Numbered from the stretch's first letter, positions 24,644-38,600 are shown. The stretch is DNA of 64,000 nucleotides from Squalus acanthias (GCA_030390025.1 CM059432.1:133364001-133428000); one strand, 5' to 3'. The notes: a model not told the origin generated them from the sequence alone. Numbers and translations are program-made.

Positions 24644-24677
<34 letters not shown>

Positions 24678-25110
24678 TGGAAGGTTGTGGGTTCAAGTCC
24701 TACTCTAGGAGAATTGAGCACAAAAGTCTAGGCTGACATACCAATGCAGTGCTGAGGGAGTGCTGCACTGTTGGAGGTGCCATCTTTCGGATGAGACGTT
24801 AAACCGAGGCCCCCGTCTGCTCTCTCATGGGGATGCAAAAGATCCCATGGCACTATTTCGGAGATGAGCAGGGGAGTTATCCCCGGTGTCCTGGACAATA
24901 TTTATCCCTCAATCAACATAACAAAAACAGATTATGCGGTCATTACCACATTTCTGTTCGTGGGAGCTTGCTGTGCGCAAATTGGCTGCCGCGTTTCCTA
25001 CATTACAACAGTGACTACACTTCAAAAGTACTTCATTGGCCGTAAAGCCCTTTGGGATGTCCAGTGGTCGTGAAAGGCGCTATATAAATGCAAGTCTTCC
25101 TTTTTTTTCT
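24636..25110 (+). mobile_element. Full-length tRNA-derived Deu-domain SINE (SacSINE1-like) with L2-type tail
   Basis: Pol III A/B boxes (TGGCTCAGTGGG, GGTTCAAGTCC) and Deu core GTGCCATCTTTCGGATGAGACGTTAAACCGAGG. The tail AAAGGCGCTATATAAATGCAAGT is shared with the L2 ends here. Confidence 0.9.
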
Positions 25111-26235
25111 TTCTTTAAGGGATTCCTAAAGGACAGAGTAAAATAAAAAGGAAGAGGTGGAGCTGTGTGTTTTTAACAAGGAATTAATTATTCTAGAGAG
25201 AGATGATTCTGATTTACAGGGTATAGCTGAAGCTATTGTAGTTGACATAGATCAAGCTATTCGTCCAAAATTGATCATTGGTACCTGTTGTAGGCCTCCA
25301 GGTCTAGGGGCACATCAAAAATCAGACAATTTGGGGACAAATTATAAGGACAACAGAAATGGGAGTATTTTGAACAAGACCAAAAAAGTGGCACTGGGAT
25401 TAGCCCAATGTCATCAGGATAAAATACACATGACAATGTGCGTTCCCCAAGGGGAGAGCACCACTAATAGGAATGACCCAGTTAAACTAAAATGTGTTAC
25501 TTAAATTATAATCTGGTTTTCATCTTCAATGATGCAAACTGTGTCTAGTGGTGCCCTCTAGTCACAGAAGGCTTCAAGGTGGACATTGCGTGATGCAATA
25601 GAAATGGGACTATTTTGATTTGGACCATTGAGTGGCACTTGGTTTGGCCAGTGCCACATGGACAAATTACGCGCTACAAGTGCCCTCTCTAAGAAGCGGG
25701 CACCATTAATATGAATGGTCCAATCAAACTAAATCGTGCAGTTTAAAACACAATCCGCTTTCTTGTTCAATGAAACAAACTGCATCTGGCAGTGCCCAAG
25801 GTTTCAAAAGTGCCAGTGGACACCGCATGAGGCAAAAGAAATAGGTAAAGGTTTATATAATGAGGGACTTTAATTTCCCAGGTGCTCAATGGCCCAACAG
25901 TGACCCACCTAGTAGTGAGGTTAAGAGGGCTGGAATATTTGTAGGTATTATAAATGATTGGTTCATGGTATGTTAGGGAAGATAGATGGGGAAATGGAAT
26001 TGTGGACCTAGTTTTTAGTAGTGACCCCAAAGTGATATTGGACATCCATGTGGGGGAACACCCGGGCATCAGGGAGATGGTGTGTGTAAATTACACCATG
26101 CTGGGACAGAAGAGGTTCAGTGAACCAGCTCGCCTTGTCCTGCCCTTTTTTGTATGCTGATATGCTCATAATTGGAATTCAACTGTTAAATACACGCTGT
26201 AACTAATAACAACAAACCTCTTGTGCTTTTGATTG

Positions 26236-26499
26236 CTCCAGCATTGGTGGCTGTGCCTTCAGCTGCCTAGGCCCTAAGCTGTAGAATTCCCTCCCTAAAC
26301 CTCGCCGCCTCTCTACCTCTCTCTCCTCCTTTAAGATGCTCCTTAAAACCTACCTCTTTGACCAAGTTTGTGGTCATCTGCCCGAATATCTCCTTATGTG
26401 GCTCGGTGTCAAATTTAGTTTGATAGTCGCTCCTGTGAAGCGCCTTGGGACGTTTTACTATGTTAAAGGCGCTATATAAATGCAAGTTGTTGTTGTTGT
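26236..26499 (+). mobile_element. L2 LINE 3' end
   Basis: GGCAFSCLGPKL*NSLP...SFKMLLKTYLF, ending AAAGGCGCTATATAAATGCAAG(TTG)n. Confidence 0.85.
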
Positions 26500-29400
26500 C
26501 ATATGCAAATATCACCTCCTGCAAGCACTGTGCAAAGTTTTTAATAACTCCAGAAAAATATGTACTTATATGCAAATCCTTTCAAATTTAATTTGAAAAA
26601 AAATTCTCCTCATGTAAAACTGAAGATTTGTTGAATGAATGCTCATAATTTTCTTGAAAAAAGGAGAAGAAATCGGTTAATATTTTCAGGCATTGATCAT
26701 CCTCCTAAATGCTATCGGTCATGCTTATACATCCTTTGGATTGTCTGAACACATTGAATGAGTTGAAAATATCTAAGAGTAAAGAATAATTTATGATGAA
26801 TTTAAGCTAAAACCCCATCGACTCTATCTATCATGATCTAAATTGTACTCCATACGCATGATTATTTTGTACAGATGATTAAAGCCTCAACAGGATTATA
26901 TTTCCAGGCCATTGCAAATGCAAGCCATAACGTGCCTTGTGAGTCACATGTGGGCACCTTGTAGTTGGTGTGTCTCGTAGAGTGCCGCTTCAGATTACAG
27001 TCATTGGGGGCCCATTTGCACCAATTTAATTCATAGAGGCCTGAAATCAATTGTACTCTGGACTGGCAAAAAAATCATGTTAAGTCTGAATAGTATAGCA
27101 GTAATTGGCATCGTTTTGTAGTACACTTTGATTTGAAATAACAAAAGATGAAGCAAATCTAAGTTTATAAACAAGGCTTTCATGGTAGTCTACCCTTATA
27201 GCATAGTCTGATATATGAGCCAACAATTATGAGCCAACAGCTTTGAATCAAGTTGGAAAATAAGTTGACTTCAACTTGTCAACCATTGCTGTATTAAATA
27301 TGGCAAGTTTTGGAAGAATGAGGATATTTTTCCAGTATCAAGCCTGGCTTTTCTTCATACATCATCCTGCCAGCAGGTCTCCAAAGAAGAGCTTTCATTC
27401 CTGGCAATTTGGGCACGTGGGTCATGGATAGAAATATTGTCATTTTGGACTGTTTACTGGCTCTTTTATTGTTGATAATTTCTCTTTTTTGTGGGACATT
27501 TAAGGACATGGTACAGCAAAATAACTTGCAATGCAGAGATGCTGACTTTCATGTATTTGTGGAAGATTAAATACTCAGCACAGATGATATGGGGACAGAT
27601 GGATGAAGAGCTGCATTAACGCCACACAAGAGCTGGCTACATGAATATCATCACCTAAACAGAAATCACTGGATAAACAGAGCAAAACAACATACTGTAT
27701 ATTCCACAGAGAATAAATGGTCAAAGGGTCTGACACAGTTTCATGATTCCCTTATAATGAACTGTAAATGAGAAGTACAAGTGGTTAATGTAGATATTAA
27801 AATCCCACGAATGTGCTTCACTCTTTCAATTATTTTTTCCACATAATTGCAGTCCTATTATTGATGCACATCTGACGTGTCTGGTGTTTTAACTGCCTTT
27901 CAAGCTGATTGTAATTATATTAGACAAGAGGAAACCTGGGCTTCCTGGATTTATGATGCAGGATCAAGCTTAGAAGTGAAAAGATGCACAGATCTCATAG
28001 ATACTTTACACTGAGGGTGTGGAATGGACTGCCCAAGGAGATATGGAGGCAGATAGTCTGGAAAAATTTAAGGAAGAATTGAATGGACAGTTGAGGGAGT
28101 GGGTGATTGAGGGGTATTAGTTTTAGGATCGCTCAAATAGACTGCAGAGTCTTTTCTGGTCCTGTACTTTCCTATGATTCTATATTTACTTAGTATGAAT
28201 CTCATGTATAGGAAGAGAGTGTTTTATTGAAAAATATAAAGCTCTGTGTTTTATATATAGTATATTTTATTTCTTATCTTCTTTGTTATGTATTAGTAAA
28301 AAGATCAACAAATACAATCTATTAATTGGCTACTAGGTCATGATGTAATTTAATGCAATTTACTTTCCCATTTCTTCAATCTCCTTTATAGAGCCTTTAA
28401 ATTAGAAATACAAACATCAGAAAATATGAAACAAGAAAAGGCTTCTCTACCAATAAACCTGCTCTATCATGAACTCTGCTGAACCCACTAAATCTCCTGA
28501 GAAAAACAAGCAGACTTATGTAAAACTCCCAAGAAGATAAAACTCTATGAAAAATCTCTTGACTCTTGAAGGTACTCAAGTCAAACACTAGGATCTTATT
28601 CAAAATTTACAACCCAGGTTATTTAACTCTGACCAGTTCCATACCTTATAGGACATTTAAATAGTCCCAGCAAGATAGAACATGTGCTGCTGACACAAAG
28701 ATAGAAACAGGAACTATTAGCTCTGTAGAGTATTTAATCACCTATGTTTATCCATAGATCTTCAATCCCCATTCCTAAATACTTATCCAGCTTTTCTCCC
28801 CCTGCATTGACCCATGCTGGGGTACAGTTCCACAGGCCTCCAATCCCTCACTCAAGTGGCTAGTCCTCATTTGTGAGTCTAGGTAGTGTGTGGCGACAGC
28901 CTGCTTGATCTTGCAGAGTATCACTGTTGAGACTTATCGCTTTCTTACCTGATGTCTTTACACACTGGTGTCTCCCAGCAGGGATCCCTGGATATTGGAT
29001 AAGAATGGGAATCCTAGCAGATATTTTCCTTCCTTCCCCGCCCCCCCCCCCCCCCCCCCGCCGCCATGGGCGTTGAGCCTAACACTAGCCATCCAACTGC
29101 TGCCTGGCTGAGATTATCTAGTGAAGACCAGATTATGTAATTTAATAGGTCTCTAGCAGGAGGTGCTAATCGTGGACGTAATGCTGTCATTGGTTGGATA
29201 AGCTCCTAGCTTCACAGTGCTCAGCATATTCGAACATGTGCTACTGAAACAAAGAGAGAAACAGTGCTTTTGTAAAAGGAATGGTGTCTCCTCAATTTAG
29301 TTGATAACAGTGTCCCACACACATTTGCAACTTGTATTAGCAAAATTGTTATAATAGGTGAGAGGGGGAAAAATTACTTGTTTGAATACTTGTCTGTGCG

Positions 29401-32400
29401 TCTGTTTTCAACATGGCTTCAGCAATGCCTATCCTGTATCTGGTGTATAGTCTGGCAGAGGTAGCTAAAGGAGGTTGAAGGAACATTGTTTTGGTTTGGT
29501 ATTCCTCTACCTGAGCAGGGAAGGACTGAACTCCAACTAATGCTGGCAAGAGCGATCATTAGGAGAGTGCAAGCACATCACTTCAGATCCAAAAACAACA
29601 GCCCCATGTACACACTGGGAATCCTGGGCTTCAAATGCAAATTGTCAAAAGTTGCACCTTAAGGAAATATTAATCAGAGTTTTGAAAATGTCTTGTATTT
29701 CATCTTCACTACTACTGTAATGGCGGAAGAGTAGAAGTCCATTCAAGACTTGAATATTGCTCCCCTATCTGCTGATGTTCTTTGGACTTGCCCACTCCTG
29801 GACAGCATACAAGAAAAAAGTTGTCATCTGATAGGTGATTCCTCTCTCACCTCTAGTTTCCAACCTTTATCTCTCCGTCGCAACCTTTCTTATCGATCTA
29901 GTATATTGATGCTGCAATGGTCAATGCTTCTCTGAACTTTCCTATCTTGTTCCGGCTAAACTGAAAATATACCGTTGTACATACTTTTCCTTCTCCCTAC
30001 TTGGCCACTGTGTTGAAATCAAGGCTCAACAACCAGTCTCCTAGCTGATTCTTTCCCAGGTTTTCCTCGCCTCCCTCAGTCTTTCCTTCCTCCGACAACC
30101 TTCACTCCTTATAAACCCATCCGTGGGTTACAATGGTTCTTGTGCTGCTTGGTTGTGGGAGGGGTTATTGTCTGTGGCGGGCAGTAGACTGGGGCTGAAT
30201 AGAACCATAGAAGGTTACATCGCAGAAGGAGGTAATTCAGCCCATTGTGCCTGTGCTGGATCTTTGCGAGAGCAATCCAAAACTAATCCCCGGCCTTTCT
30301 TTCTCTCTATAGCCTTGTATTCTTCTCTGCTTCAAATATTTATCCAAAATAATGAAGATGTTACAGTAGATAAATATATGATTGATTACCTTTCGGGATA
30401 AAGAAGTATTTACATAGATAGACCTTTCCTTTAAGAGGTTAAATAGGTGGAGTTAAATCGGTAGGGTAGAGTCCATGATGGAGTAAATTGTACTCCAGAG
30501 CTGCCTAAACTGCAGCCTCTGAGTCACATACAGTCCCTAAGTTCTGGCAGTCTAGCCATCAAAGCCCAAGCCTTGTGCTTATAGTTCTCATTCGCTGGTT
30601 TGCCCTGTTTGAATTTGATTCATGTGGAGGTTTGTAAAGGACTATTCTTGATACTGTTGCCTCATTGTTGGATTAATGCTAAATCAGAACACCAAAATCT
30701 ATTAGTAGCAATAATGAAATATATGCAAATTAGTGGTGACATGGATTTAAATTTTACATACGGCCTCTGGGACTCCACAGTACTAAACACCTATATGACC
30801 CGTGAAGACATAAAGCTTGGATACTGGTACACGGTTTGTGGAAAGAACAGGTTTGATAGAGTGAATAGCTTTTTCTAGTTGGTGCTTTTTATATTCTAAT
30901 ATGATTTATCTCCAGTTTTAGATAAACACCTTCCTCACCACTGCACCATTCGTGGCATTTCTATTTCCCACCATCCTTATGGAGTCAGCCAGCAAGACTG
31001 CCTAATCAGTGACAAGTAACGAGAAATGGTGGGCAATTTTGTCCATAGAATTTAAGGAGATGCGTGAAGCAAGCACATTAACCATTGCCACTGGTTCAGA
31101 AGTGAGCAATTTCCTGATTAGATATACGCTATTTAGAGTCCCATTCTACGTTATATGTTAGCTTGTTGAGTTTGGATTAGAACACAAAACTATTCTCTCA
31201 TCCACCTCTATGGTCCTCTGTCTCTCTGTTCACTTTGGCATCACCTATTATGTTCATCCAGTCAACTTGGAGTCTCACATTGCTTCATGTGAAGGCCAAA
31301 ATTTTCTGCTCCAGTTTGGAAGAGTGTTATGTACAATCTGATCCAATGAACATTCTCCCAGACATTCCAGGGTACTGCCTGGTTCACACTGACAGCCATT
31401 TTTGAATCTTTCAAAGATACTTCTGGTGTTCCTTTTCCAAACTGAGTCGGGTTTCAATGTTTCCATTTTCATTTGGACTAAATCGTACACCAGCACTTGA
31501 GTCAACAAACGGATGTATCTTAGCAACATCTTGGTCCTCCAGGAAATTGACCATAGGAATTGGATTCTGAGACTTCCCCCTTTTTTCGTGATGTGTGCGC
31601 TCATTTCTCCACATCTCCCACTTGTGCTTGAAGTAGGGCGAAGTCTTTCTGTTCAGGTAGCAATGAGCATCGTGCCTGAAGTACAAATTTACATTTCAGA
31701 TTTTTGTAGACCTCAAATAATTTTTGTGGAAAGCCTACGCAGTAATTGATCTGCCAAAATCTCTCTGTTTAGGGTATTCATCTTTCACAAGATTACTGCG
31801 CTGATTTCTTGCTACAAGTCAAATTGCCTTAATGAAAGCTCCCAAATTACATTTAATGCCGTTGCTAAGTTTTGAAATATAATCAGTTTTACAAATTTTA
31901 TCAGATTTACTAATGAAGCTTGCCCTGAGCAATTGTTCTGTGTGTTCTTTGGAGAACAGTGCGTGTCATAACTATGGAGATTAATCTTGATTACTCTAGT
32001 CTGGGATAAGTAGCTGCGAAAGTCCTATTTGCACAAGAAATCGTACTAATGCATGTAGATGATGCAATTTTAGGCTCCGCTCCCTGCTTCATTGGCTGTG
32101 ATAATTAAAAAAATACGGAGGTAAGCTGCAATAGCTGACAATATGAATAAGACAATAATATCCAAAAGCATTAAGGGCTTCTGGAAATAACATAGAGCTA
32201 AAGTAGATATCTGTCATAGGGGCAGACTGCACTTACATCATCTCCAAGGCTGTTGTCATTTTGAATTTTATGTCCTTCATTCTTGGTATTTTACATGCTT
32301 GTCACATCCTCTTAACTGTGAGTGGCACAGTATCCAGGACCGCTGGCATACTGTGTATTAATAGAATAATGATAGCAACAAAACCATTTGGGGATTTATC

Positions 32401-34999
32401 ATTTGGTAAATCCTCAGACATTCTCAATCATCCACTTCAGTTTTACAGAATAGTTTAATTAGTAGTTTTATAACCTCTCCCTCTCTTTAAATTAATTAAT
32501 AATTAAGTTAAATATAGGCATGTTTAATGCAGTAATTATTTATCAGTTTTATGGCCATTAGAGTTCAGGTCTTTTACATTTTCTTATGAGCCAATAAAGT
32601 GCGTGCCACATAAAGAAGCAGAGATGACACATCCACACGTTGCATGCCGTTTGGTAATCTGTTTTTTAAAGGGCATTTGAGTCAGAGAGAACATTAGGCT
32701 TTGCAGGGGGGGAATGTGCTGTTTATCATTAATCTTATATCAGTCATTTGGAGACAAGTAACAGATAACAATGACTTCTAATTAATGTGAATGTACTGTC
32801 TGTAGGAAGACATATTCAGCCATAGTATTGGAACAGTGATAGCTAGAGCACTTGATTTCAGTGTGTGTGGTGCTGTTGGGCTGATTAGGCCCATCTAATA
32901 GGATTTTTTATTTTCAAAACTCAGGGGAAAAAGAAGTTCCTGTAAGCTATTCCCAACAGTATTGTAAAAAGACCTAAATCTTTGAGGCCTGTGTGATATT
33001 AGCTTAGAAAAGCTTAACACAGTCGTACGAAACTCCTTTCTCTACGATTTCAACTGTTTAAAATAAACAGGCTAATGGCCCCAGAAAAACAACGGAGAGA
33101 GGAATTTCATAGGAATGCGCGAGGTGCTCGTGTATTAATATCACACCGCAACATGGGAAAGGGGCTGTGAGCAGTTAACCATAAACTCACGGGAACTTAA
33201 CTGCAGCAAGAAAGATTTGTAGTCCTTGTACGTTAGCAACTTGAATTAGCGCTTCAGACTGAAGTGGATAAGTAGCTCCAAAAGAGTTCTATTGAGTACC
33301 AGTCAGAAACGCTACTGATGATTTTAATGTATTACTAAATATCAAATGTAAAGATAAAACAGAAAAACAAGGTCAATTTAGGATCAGAAAAAAGAAGAAT
33401 TTACGAGGCCATGTAATCTCCTTTTCTCAATTAACATTAAATACTTATTTGGATTAATAACAATGTTTTGTATCTCATTAATACATGGCATTGAATGCAG
33501 TGCTGCTGATTCCCATCACAGTTCTCGGCTTGTCCTCTTGCACGCCCCAGTATTTGCCTTTATAGAACACTGGGGCATAATTGCTTCCATATTAAATATG
33601 CACACACACCTCCTGACATAGGAACTATCTGCACCTATTTTCAATAATTGATTCTCAGCTTTAATTGAACAGCATGACTGACTGACATAGCTCATTACTT
33701 TACTCATTAGTTAATTATCGAAGAAGTGGGACAAGTCAATAAAACTGAAGGCAGTAAATTCAAATACTAATTAGGCCAGTTTCCTCAGAGACGTATTCAA
33801 AGGCAGATTGGTTACCTGAATGTCCCGAGACCTTGCGGATGGAGGGACTGGCTAAATTACAAAGAGTGTAATCATAAGCAGCTGCACTCAGTAAATCAGG
33901 AATTTACAAGTACATCCTGGCCAATGTTACCTGGGTGGAGTAGATTAGTTGAATATTTTATTATACTCAGAGAACTGACGATCAAAGCTTTGTGCAATAA
34001 TTACTATCTTGACTCATCTTCATTACCGTCAACTTTCCTGTTGCACGAAAGGCACTTTGTTCTTAATTAATCATTGCGGTGTTGAGAATGGGAAATGTAC
34101 CACTTATGTGACAATTGCAAGACGTTCAGAAACGGGGGTCTGTGCTGTTCAGGCCCTGGCTGTACTCACTACCACAAAGCTCATGTCCTCCAAACTCTGT
34201 ACCTAAAAGATTGTCAGTGACGCTTCCCACCAACATTCACTGCACTGCATCTAGCCGTATTCAAGAGAAAAGCCAAAGCCACTCTTGTACGATAGCACTT
34301 GGACTGCAAGCATTAGGGCTGATTCCATCAGAGAGTGGCTCCTGCAGAATTGGGAGGGCAGGTCTCAGCGCCCTCCTCACTGATTCTGTGGGAACAAAGG
34401 TTTTTCAAGATTTTGCGACGGCCTCTTTGACCCCCTGAATAGTGAAGCTAATTGAAGCAAAGTGGTCCCACTTCAGATCCCCCTGTACTGCTTTGCTCTT
34501 GATTTGTCAAGTGCCTGCATAAAACTGACACTGGGAGGCCTGTGAGCTATTTGTTGAAGAACTCCACCATTAAATCTGGATTGTGAAATTTGCATTCTGA
34601 CCGCTGCCTTTAGATATGTGACTTATTGAACTAGCTTGTGCATTGCGACTAGTAATTTTATTGCCTGCTATTTTTCTTCAATGCAGCACTCATTTGGGGG
34701 AACACCTCCCACAACGGCATTCCAGCTGGCAGTAATTCATCCCATCAACATTCCATTGGGGCCGCCCGGTTGTCTGTCTTCAGTTTGTAGGAGACCTAGG
34801 TTCGCTGAAAAGGCAGGAGCATAGGACCCACCCGCAGGAGGGCCCAGCAATTATGTCATGCGACCCAGGCACAACTATTGGGGCAGGTCGGATGAGACTT
34901 TTCTTCACTGTCTGCGATGGAGCGGGGAGGTAGTCACCAAGCCACGCTGCCTAATTAAGCGTGGCCTTCAGACGAAATCCAGCAAAGGGACAGCCGGTC

Positions 35000-35390
35000 T
35001 GTTGCATGTAAAGTCACCCCCCACACTGAACGTTTATACTGCCAGCTCACTTCAAGCCAGTACAGGTGACATTGACCAGCTTAGTCAGTCATCGTCGCAG
35101 ACTTGTCTATCAGGGGCAACATGCTTGTCACTTTTCCAATGGAAAGGAGGGAACAATCAGAGAGGGCTCCACACATTCACCAGATGGCGGGGTTCTCAAA
35201 GGTGCCGAGCCTCAATGATGGCATCCATGTTGTTAGGGCACCAAAAAACAACACCATGGTGTATAGTAATCAAAAAAACTTTCATTTGATCAAAGTGCAA
35301 GTGCTCCCGGACCACCACCACAATGGAATATTGCAGGTGACTGGCAGAATCCTCGGCAGCAAGCATGCGTTGTCGTTCGGCCACCGTCAA
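35000..35390 (+). pseudogene. Old Harbinger transposase, central part
   Basis: TFPMERREQSERA...AGFSKVPSLNDGIHVVRAP...NQKNFHLIKVQV...GSKHA aligns by eye with SFPMT...AGFPMVQGAIDCTHVALRAP...NRKGFHSLNVQL...GSCHDA. Confidence 0.8.
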
Positions 35391-35391
35391 C

Positions 35392-37413
35392 AGCAGAAAT
35401 TTTCTCCAACTAAATATTGGGAACACTGAAGCCATTATCTTCGATCCCCACCACAAACTCCATTCCCTAGCCACCAGACTCCATCCCTCTCCCTGGCAAC
35501 TGCCTGAGGCTAAAGCAGACCATTCACAACCTTGGTATCATATTTGACCCCGAGATGAGCTCTCGACCACATATCCACTTCATCACCAAGACCGTCTACT
35601 TCCACCTCCGTGACATTGCCCGACTTGTAAGGGTTTGTTGCCTGTGTCTCAGACGGTGCTGGTGCGAGGTTAGGCCTTCGTTGCCTAATACTATTGCTTG
35701 CTCTGGTCTCCGGCCAGCCTTTTTGCAATAAGCACCTGTGAGTGGTTCGACCCACTCGCCCTTACGGTTCTAACACTGGACTTAGGTGCAGGGAGCAGTA
35801 ATGTAGAGAAAAACTCAAATAGACCCGGTTGAATAGTACGAAATGGAAATCTTTATTGCATAGCGTCCAAAATCATGAAGTACATGTCATAGGCGCAAAT
35901 TAACGAGAGTACAAGTATACATACATTCATAAAGCTTGGTCTATGGAAATGAAGAATGCACAGCACATCGTAAAAAGGGGAACACATTATACTTTAACCT
36001 TAATAACCACCCTCCTTTAACAATACCTACACTACGTCTAGATTTGTAGGATCGGGAAACATGCTCACCACTCGTGTTACTTCGGAGAATTTTAAAGTGA
36101 GGCACTCGGCTCGTTTCGCTGCAGCGCCTGACTGTCACGTGTTTGGAAGGGTCTCTGTACCCCACTTGTTTATTTTCGCTGCTGCGACAAGCAGGCCAGA
36201 CTCCCTGTTGTCATGAAGAACTCGACAGGACTCAAACCGGATCGTGCAGTAACCCGTAGAATTCAAAGATGAGTTCTGTATTTATATTTTCGGGCGCGGT
36301 CGGGGTTTACTGACCGTGGTGGCACGTGGATTCTTCTCCTCTTCTTCTCGTCTCGTCTCGTCTCTTCGGGCCTTCGGGTCCAGACACCGTTTACCGACAC
36401 TCGGGATGGTGCACCCGGTTACTTGCCCTTGTCGGGGCGGCTCGTTCCGAGTGAGCTCCACCCAGCATTCGAATAACCGACCAGCACGGCTAAGAGTCAA
36501 GAGTCAACAGAGTCCAGCCCTAAGGAAGAGCTTCAGCAAGGGATCGAGCGAGTCAAAAAGAGTCAGCAGAGATAAGAGGCCGATGGACATTTGTTCACTA
36601 TAGTTATAGTGCTGTGTTCCCTTATCTCCCGCTCAAATCTTAATGTTTGTCCTTTGTGTAATATTGGCGCTCAAAACTCCCAGCATGGGGCGATTCTTCT
36701 CTTTAACGGGTTTCGGTAGCACCTGAAACTGGCCAACTACCCGTTAATGTTTTCCCCATTGTTGACCCAGCCAGGATTGTATGAATCGTCTCCCTGACTG
36801 GTTTTGGGGGCCTCCGAATACTTGCTTAATCACCCGTCGATGTCTCTCTCATTGTAGAGCTGTGGGGGTATTTGTGTATTGATGTGTCTGGATGGGCCTT
36901 CGATTGCCCAGTACAATGATCCTTACTTGTGCATGGAAAACGATTCCAGCACTTATATCTTTGCTATTGTTACAAATGCAAACAGGTTGCATCCTGTCTT
37001 TATCAGTGTTTATCGAGTATGATCCAATCTTATACTGAAATGTATATTCGACGCCATCTTGTCTGCCCACTGTATTTCTGGAAGCTTCTGCCACGATGCG
37101 CGGCGGCCATTTTACAGGCTTCTGTGTCCTTTATTATCAGGACAGCATTTCGTTTAATAAAACTGATCAAACAAATCTGCTTCTCTTATGTTATTTCAAA
37201 TCGCGATAATTGCGAAACTTTACAGACTCCACCCCTGCCTCAGCTCACCTGCTGCTGAAACTCTTATCTATGCCTTTGTTAACTCTAGACTTGACTATTC
37301 CAATGCTCTCCAGGTTGGCCTCACCTCTTCCACCCTCCGTAAACTTCAGTTCATCCAAAACTCTGCTTCCGTGTCCTAACTCATATCAAGTCTTGTTCAC
37401 CCATCACCCCTGC
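35392..37413 (+). mobile_element. L2 LINE RT-region fragment split by an LTR-like insertion
   Basis: NFLQLNIGNTEAIIF...YFHLRDIARL joins HPCLSSPAAETLIYAFVNSRLDYSN...KLQFIQNSA when 35626-37228 is removed. Confidence 0.88.
35626..37224. mobile_element. Solo-LTR-like insertion (1599 bp), TGTAA...TTACA, 4-bp TSD
   Basis: TG...CA termini, TSD GACT at 35622-35625 and 37225-37228, CpG-rich, no long ORF. Confidence 0.8.
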
Positions 37414-37414
37414 C

Positions 37415-37790
37415 TGAAGTGTAAATGGCAATGCCATGGCAATGGTAAATGCCATTTACACTTCATCTAGAGTCATCTTTTGTTTCTTAACTTGTCCCTT
37501 TTGCCATCTCCTTTTGCCTTGCACCATCATCCCTTTTGTCTCTTAATCTCTCCTGCCTTCCATCCTATCAGAGACCTTCCCTTTTGTTCTTTCCTCCCCT
37601 CCCCCCTTTCCTTGCCCCTACACGTGCTTAAAAACCTGTTACATCTTCAACATTTTCCAGTTCTGACGAAGGGCCATCGACCTGAAACGTTAACTGTTTC
37701 TCTCTCTACAGATGCTGCCTGATCTGCTGAGTATTTCCAGCATTTTCTGTTTTTATTTCAGATTTCCAGCATCTGCAGTATTTTGCTTTT
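37415..37790 (+). mobile_element. Penelope-like 3' fragment (family B) with 5' hairpin
   Basis: Inverted repeat TGAAGTGTAAATGGCA...TGCCATTTACACTTCA at the 5' end. Hammerhead at 37658-37696. Confidence 0.8.
37658..37696 (+). ncRNA. Minimal type I hammerhead ribozyme motif (PLE-associated)
   Basis: Stem I CAGTT/AACTG, core CTGACGA...GAAA, imperfect stem II, palindromic stem III ACGT and a GTT cleavage triplet. Confidence 0.65.
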
Positions 37791-38054
37791 ATATAAATAC
37801 AAGTTGTTGTTGTTGTTCTCCTATAGAGGGTGGAGTTGACTCAGTCACTCATGTGATCTGTGGATACATTCCTTCTTTCATGCAATGCATGGCTTCACTC
37901 AGTAGCTTATCCTATAACACTATTTAAAGTCCAGCAGCCAGGAACAAACTTCTCTGAAAATTCCGCTCCAACTCTGCTATCCTGGTTGCTGTGATAGGCG
38001 ATAAATTTGCTACGATGCATCTTCTTTTCCATTTGACTTTGAACATTGACCAAG

Positions 38055-38200
38055 CTCTTTGACCAAGCTTTTGGAAACCTGCCCCAATATCTCCTTAATT
38101 AGCTCAGTGCCAAATTTTGTTTGAAAACTCTCCTGTGAAACGCCTTGGGACATTTTACTACATTAAAGGCACTGTATAAATGCAGGTTGTTGATGTTGTG
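38055..38200 (+). mobile_element. L2 LINE 3'UTR fragment
   Basis: Matches 26355-26499 (TTTGACCAAG...GTGAAACGCCTTGGGAC...TAAATGCAG). Confidence 0.75.
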
Positions 38201-38600
38201 ACTGTTGTCAGTTTACATCTATTTGAAGGAGCAGGCCAAACATATGGATGGCTTTTGTGGGATCAGGGATACCCCTTGCTGCATTGTCTATTGATGTCCG
38301 GAATACCCCACTCCAAAAGGAATTACAATGAGGCTCATGTCACCAACTTGTGAAACATCCCAGTGAAATGTCCAAGCAGCGTTTCCAAAGCCTGGACAGA
38401 TTAGGTGGGGTCTTACTCTACAGGCCCCAAAAATTCCCAGAGACCAGTTGCGACTACTGTATTCTTCACAACTCCACAATTAGAAGAAGGGAATGCATGC
38501 AACCAGAAGGGCTGGAAAGTGAGCGAGCACCCTTGCTTGCAGAGAAGGAAGAAGAGAAGTGAGTGGAAGCAGAGGAAGTAGCTGATGCACTGGGATGTCA
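38200..38600 (+). pseudogene. Old Harbinger transposase, C-terminal part
   Basis: GWLLWDQGYPL...YNEAH...KQRFQSLDRLGGVLLYRP...CILHN corresponds to GWLLGDKGYPL...KQRFRCLDHSGGALQYSP...CMLHN. Confidence 0.8.

Noticed and set aside
24636..24710. tRNA-like sequence with A and B boxes
   Set aside because: It is the head of a SINE and continues directly into the Deu core; not a tRNA gene.
31411..31686. 91-aa minus-strand ORF that looks like a terminal exon
   Set aside because: No recognisable domain, a stop just upstream, a weak acceptor and no linked exons identified.
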